Below, one piece after another: positions 25,660 through 36,865 of a stretch of DNA of 64,000 nt; within the stretch, counting starts at the first letter, position 1; every line of letters begins with the position of its first letter. The stretch is taken from the NCBI RefSeq assembly GCF_022045235.1, contig NW_027266266.1, positions 5,017,848-5,081,847 on the forward strand, in the 5' to 3' direction. The notes under the pieces were generated by a model. The model did no database searches. It had not been told where the DNA came from and worked only from the letters and a program-made list of their open reading frames with translations. Source of the DNA: Haliotis cracherodii. Lineage: Eukaryota. Both the position numbers and the translations under genes were made by a program.

Positions 25660-25945
25660 TCTTTGAGGGGGCACGGGGAGCCCAGTCGTCTAAGGCGCCG
25701 CGATTCGCTGTGCAGAGTTGCGTCCCTTGGGCACGCCAGAAACCTATGATTGTTGGTTCGAATCGAATCGCCCCGATTATGTTTCTAGGTTTGTCAGCAT
25801 CATACCCGTGCTCGTGGGTTTCACCGAAGTGGTAAACGTCTGAGACCTGCATTGCTTCAGGCTTTCCTCCCACATTAAGCTGACACTGTAATACTGTTAA
25901 AAGCGGCGTTAAACCCAACTCACTCACTCACTCACTCACTTTGAT
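25660..25945 (+). mobile_element. SINE family B, about 60 bp upstream of the MVP start-codon exon acceptor
   Basis: gggggcacggggagcccagtcgtctaaggcgccgcgattcgctgtgcagagttgcgtcccttgggcacgccagaaacctatgattgttggttcgaatcg...ctgttaaaagcggcgttaaacccaactcactcactcactcactcac. Confidence 0.85.
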
Positions 25946-26033
25946 CTTTGATCTTTGATCTGATCTATGCTTGCAGTATGTGTAAGCTGTATGTGTTGTA
26001 TGTTCAGCTGAGGTTACCCAATAGACACACACG

Positions 26034-26173
26034 ATGTCTGCACCACGAAGATCTGTGGAGGAGTCCTTGTACAGGATCCCTCCCTACTACTATATCCACT
26101 GCTTGGACCAGAACACCAACGTCACACGGCTGGAGATTGGGCCAAAGACGTACATCAGACAGGACAATGAGAG
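26034..26173 (+). CDS. MVP: Major vault protein exon 1 (ATG at 26034; [47 protein letters not shown])
   Basis: Translation matches the human MVP N-terminus ([33 protein letters not shown]). Donor is AG|GTGAGA, ending in phase 2. An acceptor-like tgtatgttcag lies 27 nt upstream of the ATG. Confidence 0.9.
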
Positions 26174-26394
26174 GTGAGATTAAGTACTAGTTTTGGAGTA
26201 TATAAACAGAAAAGAGATTAGACTTTGGCTTCAAGCATATTACATGTATGATGGAGGACATTGACAGGAGACAAGGGTTGAGAAAGGTGAAGCAGGAAAT
26301 GAATTATCTGAGATACAGGGAAAAAATATAAAAGAATACAAATATTTTCAGTGTTGAATAAGAACTCTTGAAACAAAAGCAGTCTCAAAATGTT

Positions 26395-27055
26395 TAACAC
26401 AAAAGAATAACAGAACAAAAGAATAATAGAACAAAAGAATAATAGAACAAATGAATAATAGAACCAATGAATAATAGAACAAAAGAATAATAGAACAAAA
26501 GAATAATAGAACAAAAGAATAATAGAACTAATGAATAATAGAACAAAAGAATAATAGAACAAAAGAATAATAGAACAAAAGAATAATAGAACCAATGAAT
26601 AATAGAACAAAAGAATAATAGAACAAAAGAATAATAGAACAAAAGAATAATAGAACCAATGAATAATAGAACAAAAGAATAATAGAACAAAAGAATAATA
26701 GAACCAATGAATAATAGAACAAAAGAATAATAGAACCAATGAATAATAGAACAAAAGAATAATAGAACAAAAGAATAATAGAACCAATGAATAATAGAAC
26801 AAAAGAATAATAGAACAAAAGAATAATAGAACCAATGAATAATAGAACAAAAGAATAATAGAACAAAAGAATAATAGAACAAAAGAATAATAGAACAAAA
26901 GAATAATAGAACCAATGAATAATAGAACAAAAGAATAATAGAACCAATGAATAATAGAACAAAAGAATAATAGAACAAAAGAATAATAGAACAAAAGAAT
27001 AATAGAACCAATGAATAATAGAACAAAAGAATAATAGAACAAAAGAATAACAGAA
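26395..27055. repeat. Minisatellite in MVP intron 1: 16-bp unit AATAATAGAACAAAAG, with variant ...GAACCAATG, x about 41
   Basis: Direct periodicity. It generates the long artefactual minus-strand ORFs 26218..27140. Confidence 0.95.
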
Positions 27056-27385
27056 CTACAGAAACATGAAAGAATCGGGTGTTCTTCAACTTCTTTAGCA
27101 TTCCATGATAACTAAGAAACAGATATTGGCAAAAGAGCATATTATAGAAAACTGTTAGTAACTTATTTTATTTTTTGTGAAATCATAGAAAAGCTGAATT
27201 ATACAAAATAATAAAGTTGGTACATCTTCAGTTGGTGATGGTTCCTATTTCAAGATAGAAAATGGCTGGAAAGTCAAAGAGGAGGAGACTTATGTGAGAA
27301 GTTAACACCTTCATATTTTGCGAAGTGAAAATATAAGAGTTAAAATAAGTATTGGGCCACACTTTACTCTAAATGCACATTCCAG

Positions 27386-27581
27386 GGTTGTCCTCGGCCC
27401 CGAGAAGATGCTGGTGGTGCCCCCTCGCCACTACTGCGTCGTTGAGAACCCCGTCGTCCGCAACAAGGACGACCACATCGTGTGTAATGAGAGTGGTCAG
27501 GCCAAGCTGTTCCACGCTGATCAGGAGATCCGCCTGGCTCAGGACCCCTTTCCTCTGTACCCTGGGGAGGTGCTCAAACAG
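27386..27581 (+). CDS. MVP: MVP exon 2 ([65 protein letters not shown])
   Basis: Acceptor is tccag|G. Frame is anchored by ORF 27318..27764. Matches human MVTVPPRHYCTVANPV...[23 protein letters not shown]. Donor is CAG|GTGGGA. Confidence 0.93.
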
Positions 27582-28010
27582 GTGGGAATAAATACTTATC
27601 TCACACACCAGAACACCCCGAGTCAGAGACCAGGGTTGCGTTCACTTTCAAGACTTATTGTCTCCCCCTGCTTTTTTATAATATGGAAGAATGTTCTGTC
27701 AAAAGTTGATATTCCAACTTCAGACTGGTCTAAACGGAGGATATGTTGTATTATGAAAAAGTAAAGAATTGTTTTACTCTTGGAGAAAGCTAAGTAATTG
27801 AACCGATCTATTTTGTTGTTAAATTATGAAGTATACTTCCTGACTTTTGATAGGAATGTTTGTATCCTTTCGTGATATTCAAAGATGATTCTCATATGTC
27901 AATTGTTTATCTAAATAGAAAAATATCTGAATATTCCTATCAAGAGTTGTGTCGTATACATATATTTCATGGAATGTACTATTAATATGATAATAACATT
28001 TGTATTGCAG

Positions 28011-28134
28011 CCTGTCACTCCACTGAAAGTAGTACCTGCCAACTCGGCGCTTCGTCTCCGGTCAATCCTGGACTTTGAGGATGAGACTGGGGAGAAGAGG
28101 ACTGCAGGGGACGAGTGGTTGTTTGAGGGACCAG
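28011..28134 (+). CDS. MVP: MVP exon 3 ([42 protein letters not shown])
   Basis: Acceptor is ttgcag|CCT. Frame is anchored by ORF 27969..28181. Matches human [41 protein letters not shown]. Donor is CCAG|GTATGT, ending in phase 1. Confidence 0.93.
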
Positions 28135-28267
28135 GTATGTACAGTCGTGGGCTGCTTTCTTCAGGAAGTCAGATTACCTGATGCTGATGCTGACCTCTGT
28201 TCGAGCCTTAAAGAAGTGATATGAAAAACAATGATGCTTTTGGGACATGAAATCAAATTTGTTTGTA

Positions 28268-28478
28268 ATTTAACGCAGCTGTCAGCAATATTCAAGCTAC
28301 ATGTGTATATGGAGGTAGTCTGTTGATAATCGAGTCTGGACCAAACAATAACAACACGAGCATCGATCTACACCATTGGGATACAAGAGGTTGTAATCAA
28401 TCAAGTCACTGAGTCTGACTACCTGATCCAGTTGGTCACCTTGTACGAACAGCATAGGTTTGCTGGGGAACTATTTTC
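28268..28478 (-). mobile_element. SINE family C (in MVP intron 3)
   Basis: acgcagctgtcagcaatattcaagctacatgtgtatatggaggtagtctgttgataatcgagtctggaccaaacaataacaacacgagcatcgatctacaccattgggatacaag...gcataggtttgctgggg. Confidence 0.7.
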
Positions 28479-29982
28479 TTACTGGAATCCTATGTCGTTA
28501 CGAGATTGCTAACTTGAGCCCTGGCAAAGAGCTAATTTGCCTGGAATACCTGCTTTGTTTGGAGACAGGGTTAATACTGATACCAAGTTTGGAATGCTGA
28601 TGAAGCAATTATGAATTCCATGTATGTGTGATTGCTCAGTATGGTGGTCTTATTTAGGAAGATTCCATACTTTAACATAGACTTGCAATCGGTGGGATTT
28701 CTGTAGTCAACATGACAAGATCCAGGCAGCCAAATAAAATTGCTTGAGAAATTCACGATTGATTTAAGTTCAGTTTAAGAAAATATTACAACTTTGATAA
28801 AATAAATTACATTACATTAATTACTTAAACTGTTTTTATTTACCATATTTAGAATAGAAGAAACAGTAATATACTTTGAACAGACTAATAGCATATGTAC
28901 TAATATGGTCATGTGTATGGCAGCAGAGTTGTGTCTAAAGTAGACATTGAATCAGTTTCTTAAAATAGCTTTTGATGAATGCTGCACTGAATGGTGAAAG
29001 GGGAGGTAATAAGGCAGCTAGCCAAAATGTCCTGTTGGCAGGTGATCATCCAAAGCATGATGAAACTCTTGGAAATCGGTACGGATCTGACTAAGGTTTA
29101 TTTTTGTACAGTAACCTAAACTATTGCATCTCTCAACAGTGTTAACAGTCTGTTAGGTATATAATACATATTTAACAACACAAAGTGTTGTATATTACTG
29201 GTATATCTCAATTGGCCCTAATAAAGAACAAATATATTTAATAATGTACAACATATTGATAAAAATGATGTTGGGGACAATCCATAAAATATTACACATT
29301 TTGGTTAATCTGTTTTTAATACGATTTTTATGTGTTTTATTGTATAACAATGGTAACATTGTTAATTCTGCCATATGTTATGGAGTTTTATTCATTTATT
29401 AGATTATTGTAAACCTCTTCAGGGAAAATAACCTTGAATTTCTTCAGGAAAAATAGCCTTGAACAAGTTGATTGCTTTTGCATGGAAATACTTCTTTGTT
29501 CTATTGAATTTAAATTTGGTCAAAATTAATAACATGTAGTCAATTTTGTTTGTTGTATGATAAGGAACAATTTAATGGATATTTATTGATATTATTTGAT
29601 GTGACATTATGTTAAGCTCGGGAAAATCATTGAAGGAGTTAATGTATTAGATCTTGATCAGAGATGAGTGATATACAGGATCACATCAAATACATGAAAC
29701 TCAAGTTTTGTTCTTACACAAATCTTTCACGAGATGTTTTGATCTATTCACATATACTACTCAAAAGAAGTTAAGGATCACCCGATTCTTTCATAATGGT
29801 AAAGTTAATCTGTCATGAGAAATTAGCTATAGTAATATGAAAGAATCAGGTGATCCTTAACTACTTTTGAGTAGTATATTATTTACATTTTTCATCAAGG
29901 TTGATAGTCAGAGTTACTGTTTATCAAATCTAGTTTGTGGAAACTAAATTGTAAATCTAATTTCCCCTATGTAACTGTCCAG

Positions 29983-30209
29983 GCACATACATCCCCCGTA
30001 AGGAGGTAGTAGTGGAGGAGACGATCCGGGCCACCGTCATCAAGCCTAACCAAGCTATCCGGCTGAGGGCTCGCAAAGAGTGCCTGGACCGTGACGGCAG
30101 TGCGCGGGTCACAGGGGAGGAATGGCTGGTCAAGAAGACTGGAGCATACCTGCCTGGAGCCTACGAGGAAGTTGTCGATGTTGTCAATGCTTATGTTCTC
30201 ACCGAGAAG
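29983..30209 (+). CDS. MVP: MVP exon 4 ([76 protein letters not shown])
   Basis: Acceptor is tgtccag|GC. Frame is anchored by ORF 30012..30284. Near-identical motif order to human [49 protein letters not shown]...ILTEK. Donor is AAG|GTCAGT. Confidence 0.93.
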
Positions 30210-30439
30210 GTCAGTTTTCTGCATTGTTTTGTTTATATATGCTACTTAAAAGAGTTGAAGAACACCCATTTTTCTTTCACGTGAGAGTAGTCTGTCATGG
30301 CTGGCGGGTATTGCAACACACTGCATTGTGTGTGTTCTTGAATTTCTTTTGAGTAGTATATATGAATCCAAATAACACTTTATCCTAATTCATTTCCCTG
30401 TGGGGATTACGGGTTACAATATGGCGCCAGCTACCTGTG

Positions 30440-30592
30440 CTGGTTTGAAAGAGGCAGTCAAATGGGTCGGAGGGTCAGACTCGGTGACTTGGTCGCGTGT
30501 CATCAAACTCCGATGGCGTGTATCGTTGTTCAAAATATCCATGGATTATCGGGACCAGACTCAATTATTTACACCCAACATGAGGCTGAAAT
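30440..30592 (+). mobile_element. SINE family C fragment (in MVP intron 4)
   Basis: tgtgctggtttgaaagaggcagtcaaatgggtcggagggtcagactcggtgacttggtcgcgtgtcatcaaactccgatggcgtgtatcgttgttcaaaatatccatggattatcgggaccagactcaattatttaca. Confidence 0.6.
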
Positions 30593-30947
30593 AGGCTCAG
30601 TTTGGAGTTATTGAGTGCATTTTCTTCAATGAAAAATCCTGGGGACAATAACAAATACAAGTTGAGTTATTTGTAGAGAGTTATCGGTAGAGAGGAGTGT
30701 CAGTGTTAGGCTATTTCAGACAAGATTGAACTTACATCATCAGAAATGCTTTGTCATATGAAAGAAATCTGAGTTAATGAGGCCTACTGTGTATAATTTG
30801 TGTATTCAATGGGTTAAACTAAAGGATTTTTCCTTTTTGGTGAAAGATACTGATTTTGCCACAATGTTAAAATGATTAAAATTTGCATGTCAAAGTGAAT
30901 GATTGCTGTATCATTGAACAGTTCGGTGATTACTCAACAATGTCTGG

Positions 30948-31117
30948 GTGTTCGGGTAGCCTAGTGGTTAAAGCGTTCACTCGTCATGCCGAAGACATGG
31001 GTTCGATTCCCGACATGGGTAAATTGTGTGAAGCCCATTTCTGGTGTCCCCCGCCGTGATGATGCTGGAATAAATACCATACTCGCTCACTCACTCATTC
31101 ACTCACTTTACAATGTC
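30948..31117 (+). mobile_element. SINE family A (in MVP intron 4)
   Basis: gggtagcctagtggttaaagcgttcactcgtcatgccgaagacatgggttcgattcccgacatgggtaaattgtgtgaagcccatttctggtgtcccccgccgtgatgatgctgg...ctcactcactcattcactcac. Confidence 0.8.
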
Positions 31118-31171
31118 TAGACTTCAAGTGTGAAACATTTTCACTATATATCATATTTACTTCTTTTGCAG

Positions 31172-31297
31172 AAAGCACTTCACATGCGTTCACTGAAGAC
31201 TTTCAAGGATGACTTCAGCATTGTGAGAAAGAATGGAGAGGAATGGTTGATCACAATGACGGACACCGAGACCCACATCCCGGGGGTGTACGAGGAG
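31172..31297 (+). CDS. MVP: MVP exon 5 (KALHMRSLKTFKDDFSIVRKNGEEWLITMTDTETHIPGVYEE)
   Basis: Acceptor is ttttgcag|AAA. Frame is anchored by ORF 31130..31549. Matches human [42 protein letters not shown]. Donor is GAG|GTGAGT. Confidence 0.92.
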
Positions 31298-31488
31298 GTG
31301 AGTACAAGCGTACCCAAACACACAGTACACTCAATTTTTCTCACTAAACATTTACATTCAAATATAAAAGTGATAAATAGGTTTTTAAAAAACTGGTTCA
31401 TTCTGTACAGAAAATTTCAAAGGATTCAAAATATATTGGTTGGTTGGTATTTAGAGCTACAATTATTTGTAGTATGTTCTTATGGGTC

Positions 31489-31792
31489 TGGGGGACATGG
31501 ATGGCCCAGTCGTCTAAGGCGCCACTATTCGCTGTGCAGAGTTGCATAGTTGCGTCCCTTGGGCATGCCAGAAACCTATGATCTTGGGTTCGAATCCTGG
31601 TTCGCCTCGATTATGTTTCTAGGCATGTCAGCACCATGCCCGTACTCGTGGGTTTCACCAAGGTGGTGAACGTCTGAGACCTGCATCACTTCAGGCTTTC
31701 CTCCCACATTAAACTGACACGCCGTGATATAACTGGAATACAGTTAAAAGTGGCACTCACTCACTCACTCACTCACTGACTGTCTATCCTAT
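31489..31792 (+). mobile_element. SINE family B (in MVP intron 5)
   Basis: gggggacatggatggcccagtcgtctaaggcgccactattcgctgtgcagagttgcatagttgcgtcccttgggcatgccagaaacctatgatcttgggttcgaatcctgg...ggcactcactcactcactcactcac. Confidence 0.85.
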
Positions 31793-31978
31793 GCCTGTAT
31801 CTGTAGGACCGCCTCTGGGGAGACATCAGCTCAGAGATCAGTAAAACGTTCTGAGATGTTTTATTGCAAATAAAATTGATTCATGAAACTGTTTTCCTAT
31901 TAAATTGTTTATCACTGTTTTGTGCAGTAAATTAATTAACAATGTGTACATGCTATTATCAGTATGTTTGTGTTTCAG

Positions 31979-32089
31979 GTTGTGGGAGTAGTGAACATCA
32001 CCACTCTAACTAACCGTCAGTACTGTGTGATTCTCGACCCCGCCGACGAGAGCGGCAGACCACAGCTGGGGAGGAAGAAGCTTATCAAG
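31979..32089 (+). CDS. MVP: MVP exon 6 ([37 protein letters not shown])
   Basis: Acceptor is tgtttcag|GTT. The exon is 37 codons and runs phase 0 to phase 0. Matches human [37 protein letters not shown]. Donor is AAG|GTAATA. Position is not anchored by an ORF-track entry, so it may be off by 1 nt. Confidence 0.88.
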
Positions 32090-32094
32090 GTAAT

Positions 32095-33425
32095 ACACGT
32101 TCCGTAACGTAACTCACTCCGTACCATCACACATCATCACATCACTCACATACACCATTACACATCACCATAACATCACTCACACCACCATCACACATCA
32201 CCGTAACATGACTAACACCACATCACATGTCATCACATCACTCACACAACATCACACATCACCGTAACATCTCTCACACCCTCCATCACACATCACCGTA
32301 ACATCACTCACACCACATCACACATCACCGTAACATCTCTCACACCCTCCATCACACATCACCGTAACATCACTCACACCACCATCACACATCACCGTAA
32401 CATCACTCACACCCACCATCACACATCACCGTAACATCACTCACACCCACCATCACACATCACCGTAACATCTCTCACACCCACCATCACACATCACCGT
32501 AACATCGCTCACACCCACCATCACACATCACCGTAACATCACTCACACCCACCATCACACATCACCGTAACATCACTCACACCACCATCACACATCACCG
32601 TAACATCACTCACACCCACCATCACACATCACCGTAACATCTCTCACACCCACCATCACACATCACCGTAACATCGCTCACATCCACCATCACACATCAC
32701 CGTAACATCACTCACACCCACCATCACACATCACCGTAACATCACTCACACCCACCATCACACATCACCGTAACATCTCTCACACCCACCATCACACATC
32801 ACCGTAACATCACTCACACCACCATCACACATCACCGTAACATCACTCACACCCACCATCACACATCACCGTAACATCACTCACACCCACCATCACACAT
32901 CACCGTAACATCACTCACACCCACCATCACACATCACCGTAACATCACTCACACCACCATCACACATCACCGTAACATCACTCACACCCACCATCACACA
33001 TCACCGTAACATCACTCACACCCACCATCACACATCACCGTAACATCACTCACACCCACCATCACACATCACCGTAACATCACTCACACCACCATCACAC
33101 AACACCATAACATCGCTCACACCCATCACAGAACACCATAACATCACTCACACCCATCACAGAACACCATAACTTACCTCACATCCACCATCACACAGCA
33201 CCATAACATCGCTCACACCAACCATCACACATCATCACATCACTCACACCACCATCACACATCATCACATCACTCACACCCTCCATCACACATCACCGTA
33301 ACATCACTCACACCACCATCACACATCATCACATCACTCACACCCTCCATCACACATCACCGTAACATCACTCACACCACCATCACACATCATCACATCA
33401 CTCACACCCTCCATCACACATAATC
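32095..33425. repeat. Minisatellite in MVP intron 6: about 41-bp unit (CATCACACATCACCGTAACATCACTCACACCCAC) x about 32, beginning about 10 nt after the exon-6 donor
   Basis: Direct periodicity over 1.3 kb. Each unit contains CCGTAACA, which echoes the exon-6 donor context aagGTAATAcacgttccGTAACGTAAC. Confidence 0.95.
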
Positions 33426-33619
33426 AAGGTAACACGTTCCTTTTAATCACACACAATCAAGCTGTGCCTCATCAGTCTGGTAAAGGCATTATGATAATTT
33501 TAAAGAAATTTTCCATTTCAAACTTTAATGCACATTATTAATTTTCTTCATTATACAACTGACAATTAGACTGTAATTTACATAATCAGCATGTTTAAAA
33601 TTTGTTTGTTTTCCTTCAG

Positions 33620-33745
33620 GGAGAGAAGTCCTTCTTCTTGTTGCCGGGTGAGCGGCTTGAGAAGGGAATTCAGAATGTGTACATCCTGGGAGAAGACGAG
33701 GGTCTCATCCTCAGGGCTAACGAGTGCTTCAAGGACAAGGATGGC
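33620..33745 (+). CDS. MVP: MVP exon 7 ([42 protein letters not shown])
   Basis: Acceptor is ttccttcag|GGA. Frame is anchored by ORF 33602..33910. Matches human [37 protein letters not shown]. Donor is GGC|GTGAGT. Confidence 0.92.
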
Positions 33746-34487
33746 GTGAGTGAAACTATTATCTACACATCTGATAACATAGGAGAACCATGTTTCCTGC
33801 ATGGAACTCGCAACACAAAGTTTTATTTCTTGCATCACATTGGTAACATATTGAAAACATTGGTACCAGATTACCATGGTAACCTATTTTCCTGTGAGGA
33901 TGCATCTTAATTTCAAAATTGTCTTCATACTTTATTTGATTTTATCGGCTTGATCTGGGAACAACATTCTGAAGTGTCACTGTAGTATTTAATGTACAGC
34001 AGTCTGAGACATTTGACTTTTAAAGACTATCGATAGTCGCAGGACTAGTGCAAACATGCTTCACTTGTCACTGGTTCAGATTTATCGCCCATAAATGTTT
34101 CTAGTTATTCAGGACTGACATCATTTTATTAAGTTTTCCTCGGCACTATTTCAGGGACAACAGTACTCCAACTCTGTCATCTCGGCAATTCATTTAGCCC
34201 ATGTTATCACCAGATGCCAATAAGCACTGAACACCACTCAAACCGGTCAAGATGATAGTCCATGATAAATTTTGAATCCGTGAAGAAAAAGCCATCCAAA
34301 TTTCAACACTTCCAAAGGTGCAGAGTTGTTTCCCTTTAGCAGTGCCTGGCAAGCAGACAAGTATGATTTTCTAGTGTGGATTCAGCAACCTTTTGTATGC
34401 TCTTGCTAATAATATTCATTACAATATTTTCGTCAGGTGCACATGGTCCAAGATGGGAAAACAGATTAATGTTATTGTTTTGTGTAG

Positions 34488-34637
34488 GGAGATGAGCGTA
34501 ACCCTGGAGATCGATGGATGATCCGTGGACCCACCGAGTATGTTCCCCCCGTGGAGGTGGAGGTGGTGATGAAACGTCAGGCCATCCCACTGGACGAGAA
34601 TGAGGGGATATATGTCCGAGACATCAAGAATGGCAAG
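34488..34637 (+). CDS. MVP: MVP exon 8 ([50 protein letters not shown])
   Basis: Acceptor is ttgtgtag|GGA. Matches human [45 protein letters not shown]. Donor is AAG|GTATAT. Position cross-checked against the start of antisense ORF 34336..34590. Confidence 0.92.
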
Positions 34638-35139
34638 GTATATAGAAATGAATGTATTCAAGTTTGAAACAAACATGAAAAGAAATACTGGATTTCAGGG
34701 CAGAATGTATCCCTCAGGTAAATGAGGACCAATGGTAACCATGTATAGTCTTGATTGATGTGTCATTACACTCAGTACCGGCCCAATGACCTGAGGCTTC
34801 TTAAGAGGCTGGATTACCTCCCTTAGCCATATCAGGATCAGCTGGTCAAAGAACGCAATGACATATTATGCTTTTTTGGTTTTTAAGCACGATATATATG
34901 CTAATTTGTTGCAAGTGGTCAAGTTCTTCAGTGTGTAAGAGTTTGGATGGTCCTCCCAAATTACTGTCATTTTGGAATGTAACAAATTCTATCGAAGCGG
35001 CGTTATGCACCTAGTACTATAACTCACTCATAGGTGACAATAATTGAGCTCTTTTTGTCCAAGCAAGACAAGAACAGGATACAGAGGAATGTTGAAAAAT
35101 TTCTTCATCTTTGATATTAGATATATCGTGAAGATCTGG

Positions 35140-35345
35140 GTTAAAATAGGTCTTCAGCAACCCATGCTTGTCATGAGAGGCGACAAGCAGGATCGGATGG
35201 TGACTCGGTAGATGCATCTCATCATGTTCTATTTGCGTAGATCAATGCTCATGTTGTCAAGCACTGGATTGCTTGTCCAGATTTGATCATCTACACACTA
35301 TCATCATATAGCTGGAATATTGCTGAGTGTGGCATTAACCTACAG
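35140..35345 (+). mobile_element. SINE family C (in MVP intron 8)
   Basis: gggttaaaataggtcttcagcaacccatgcttgtcatgagaggcgacaagcaggatcggatggtgactcggtagatgcatctcatc...catatagctggaatattgctgagtgtggcattaacc. Confidence 0.75.
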
Positions 35346-35412
35346 AAAAAGAAATGAAAAAAAGTTATATCCTGAACCAAACTTGACCCCTCTCTGTTAT
35401 ATTTGATCTCAG

Positions 35413-35648
35413 GTGCGTGCCATCACTGGGGAGACCTACATGTTGAACCAGGATGAGGAACTGTGGGAGAAGACACTTGCCCCTATTGTAGAGAATCTCC
35501 TCGCGATTGGTAAGGACCCTCTCGCTGACCGTAGTGACCGGGGACGTGACGTCGCAGCTAAGCCACGTGACAAGACACGTGTCGTCACCTTTAGAGTCCC
35601 CCACAATGCAGCAGTCCAGATCTATGACTACAAGGACAAGAAGGCCAG
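35413..35648 (+). CDS. MVP: MVP exon 9 ([79 protein letters not shown])
   Basis: Acceptor is gatctcag|GTG. Frame is anchored by ORF 35413..35700. Matches human [40 protein letters not shown]...[24 protein letters not shown]. Donor is AG|GTTGGT, ending in phase 2. Confidence 0.93.
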
Positions 35649-36103
35649 GTTGGTCACTCTTCACATCCTCATTGTCAGGCAAAGCTGTTGGATTTTCTGA
35701 ATCTGAGACTCGGTCAGATGAGAAACGCAAGGATCAGAGACTCAATATCCTGAGATCTTTTTTCATAAAATTACTGTGGCCGTTCTCTGATCCAGGTGAC
35801 AACATGATAGCTTAACCAATTGACAAAAGTCATAAATATTGCAAATTGATTAATTTTGGTTTCAGTTCACTTGACTGAAGTGTCCTTTATCTGAAACAGT
35901 ATTTATTATTTTTATCCTACCAAACAGTCTTTTGATTAGACTACCGATATATAATGTTGATATTCATGTATGCTGAAGAAGAACTTCTTGATCATGTTAT
36001 CAAGGCTTGTATGTAAATTTTGATAAAATGTGTTGAATTGAATTTAAAGGAAAGTTTTGTTGACATCTTGAACTGTTTAAGATTTAGTCACGTTGTGTTT
36101 CAG

Positions 36104-36301
36104 GGTTGTGTTTGGACCTGAGCTGGTGATGTTGGGCCCTGACGAACAATTCACACAGCTCAGTCTGTCTGGAGGCAAGCCCAAGAAACCCAACGTCATC
36201 AAGAGTTTGTGCTTGCTTCTCGGACCAGACTTCTGTACTGATATCATCGTCGTGGAAACCGCTGACCACGCCCGTCTGTCACTGCAGCTATCATACAACT
36301 G
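36104..36301 (+). CDS. MVP: MVP exon 10 ([67 protein letters not shown])
   Basis: Acceptor is gtgtttcag|G. Frame is anchored by ORF 36093..36305. Matches human [66 protein letters not shown]. Donor is TG|GTAAGT. Confidence 0.94.
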
Positions 36302-36697
36302 GTAAGTTTGAACATCTCATACTAATGCATGTGGAGGATAGCACCTGTTTAGTGATAGTTGGTTTAAACAAGGTTCATATTTTCATGATACTGATTTCAA
36401 GTATTTATTCATTATGGCATCTGAATTCAGCACTTTTGTTGACTGTAGTTATATACAGTGAAGCATTCATCAGTGATTTATCCAGGAATCCCCTGGGAGG
36501 CAACTTGAGAAAAAGTCATTTTGTTCAAAATTGAATTTTGACAGAATAACTATGGTACTATAAAAGAATCAACTGATTCTTAGCTTCTTTTGAGCAGTAT
36601 ACGGTAATGGCTTTTTGTTTTTTTGAAAATTATGTTAGACCATGAAAGTTGTGTCAGTTCTTATCGACTGTGTCTAATATCTTGTGTACTTGTGTAG

Positions 36698-36839
36698 GCA
36701 TTTTGAAGTGCTGGAGAAGTCGGAAGGAGAGGCGGCTAAACTGTTCAGTGTCCCAGACTTCACAGGAGATGCTTGTAAGGCCATTGCTTCCCGGGTCCGA
36801 GGGGCAGTCGCCCAGGTCCAGTTCGATGATTTCCACAAA
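36698..36839 (+). CDS. MVP: MVP exon 11 ([48 protein letters not shown])
   Basis: Acceptor is tgtgtag|G. Frame is anchored by ORF 36684..36887. Matches human [48 protein letters not shown]. Donor is AAA|GTGAGT. Confidence 0.94.
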
Positions 36840-36865
36840 GTGAGTAACTGTTGTTATTTTCCACC

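Noticed and set aside
25607-25927. ORFs inside SINE copies (25607..25927 and 25626..25835, 53333..53619, 16573..16943, 45548..45730, 51512..51805, 60958..61140).
   Set aside because: These are read-through of SINE families A and B. The same peptide (e.g. …GKPEV.QVSDVYHFGETHEHGYGADKPRNIIG…) recurs at every copy, so it is repeat-derived and not a gene.
26218-27140. Three long overlapping minus-strand ORFs (144-274 aa) with FYYSFVLLFFCSIILL repeats.
   Set aside because: They are exact translations of the 16-bp minisatellite in MVP intron 1. They are periodic, low-complexity, have no start context and lie in an intron of a well-supported gene. They are artefacts, not a gene.
29983-30209. Suspected +1 frameshift in MVP exon 4 near the A-run at about 29999-30001.
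   Set aside because: It came from my own mis-registration of the line break at 30000/30001. Re-anchored to ORF 30012..30284 (GTG at 30012), the sequence reads ...CCC CGT AAG GAG GTA GTA GTG... and the frame is intact. The total CDS of 2577 nt is divisible by 3.
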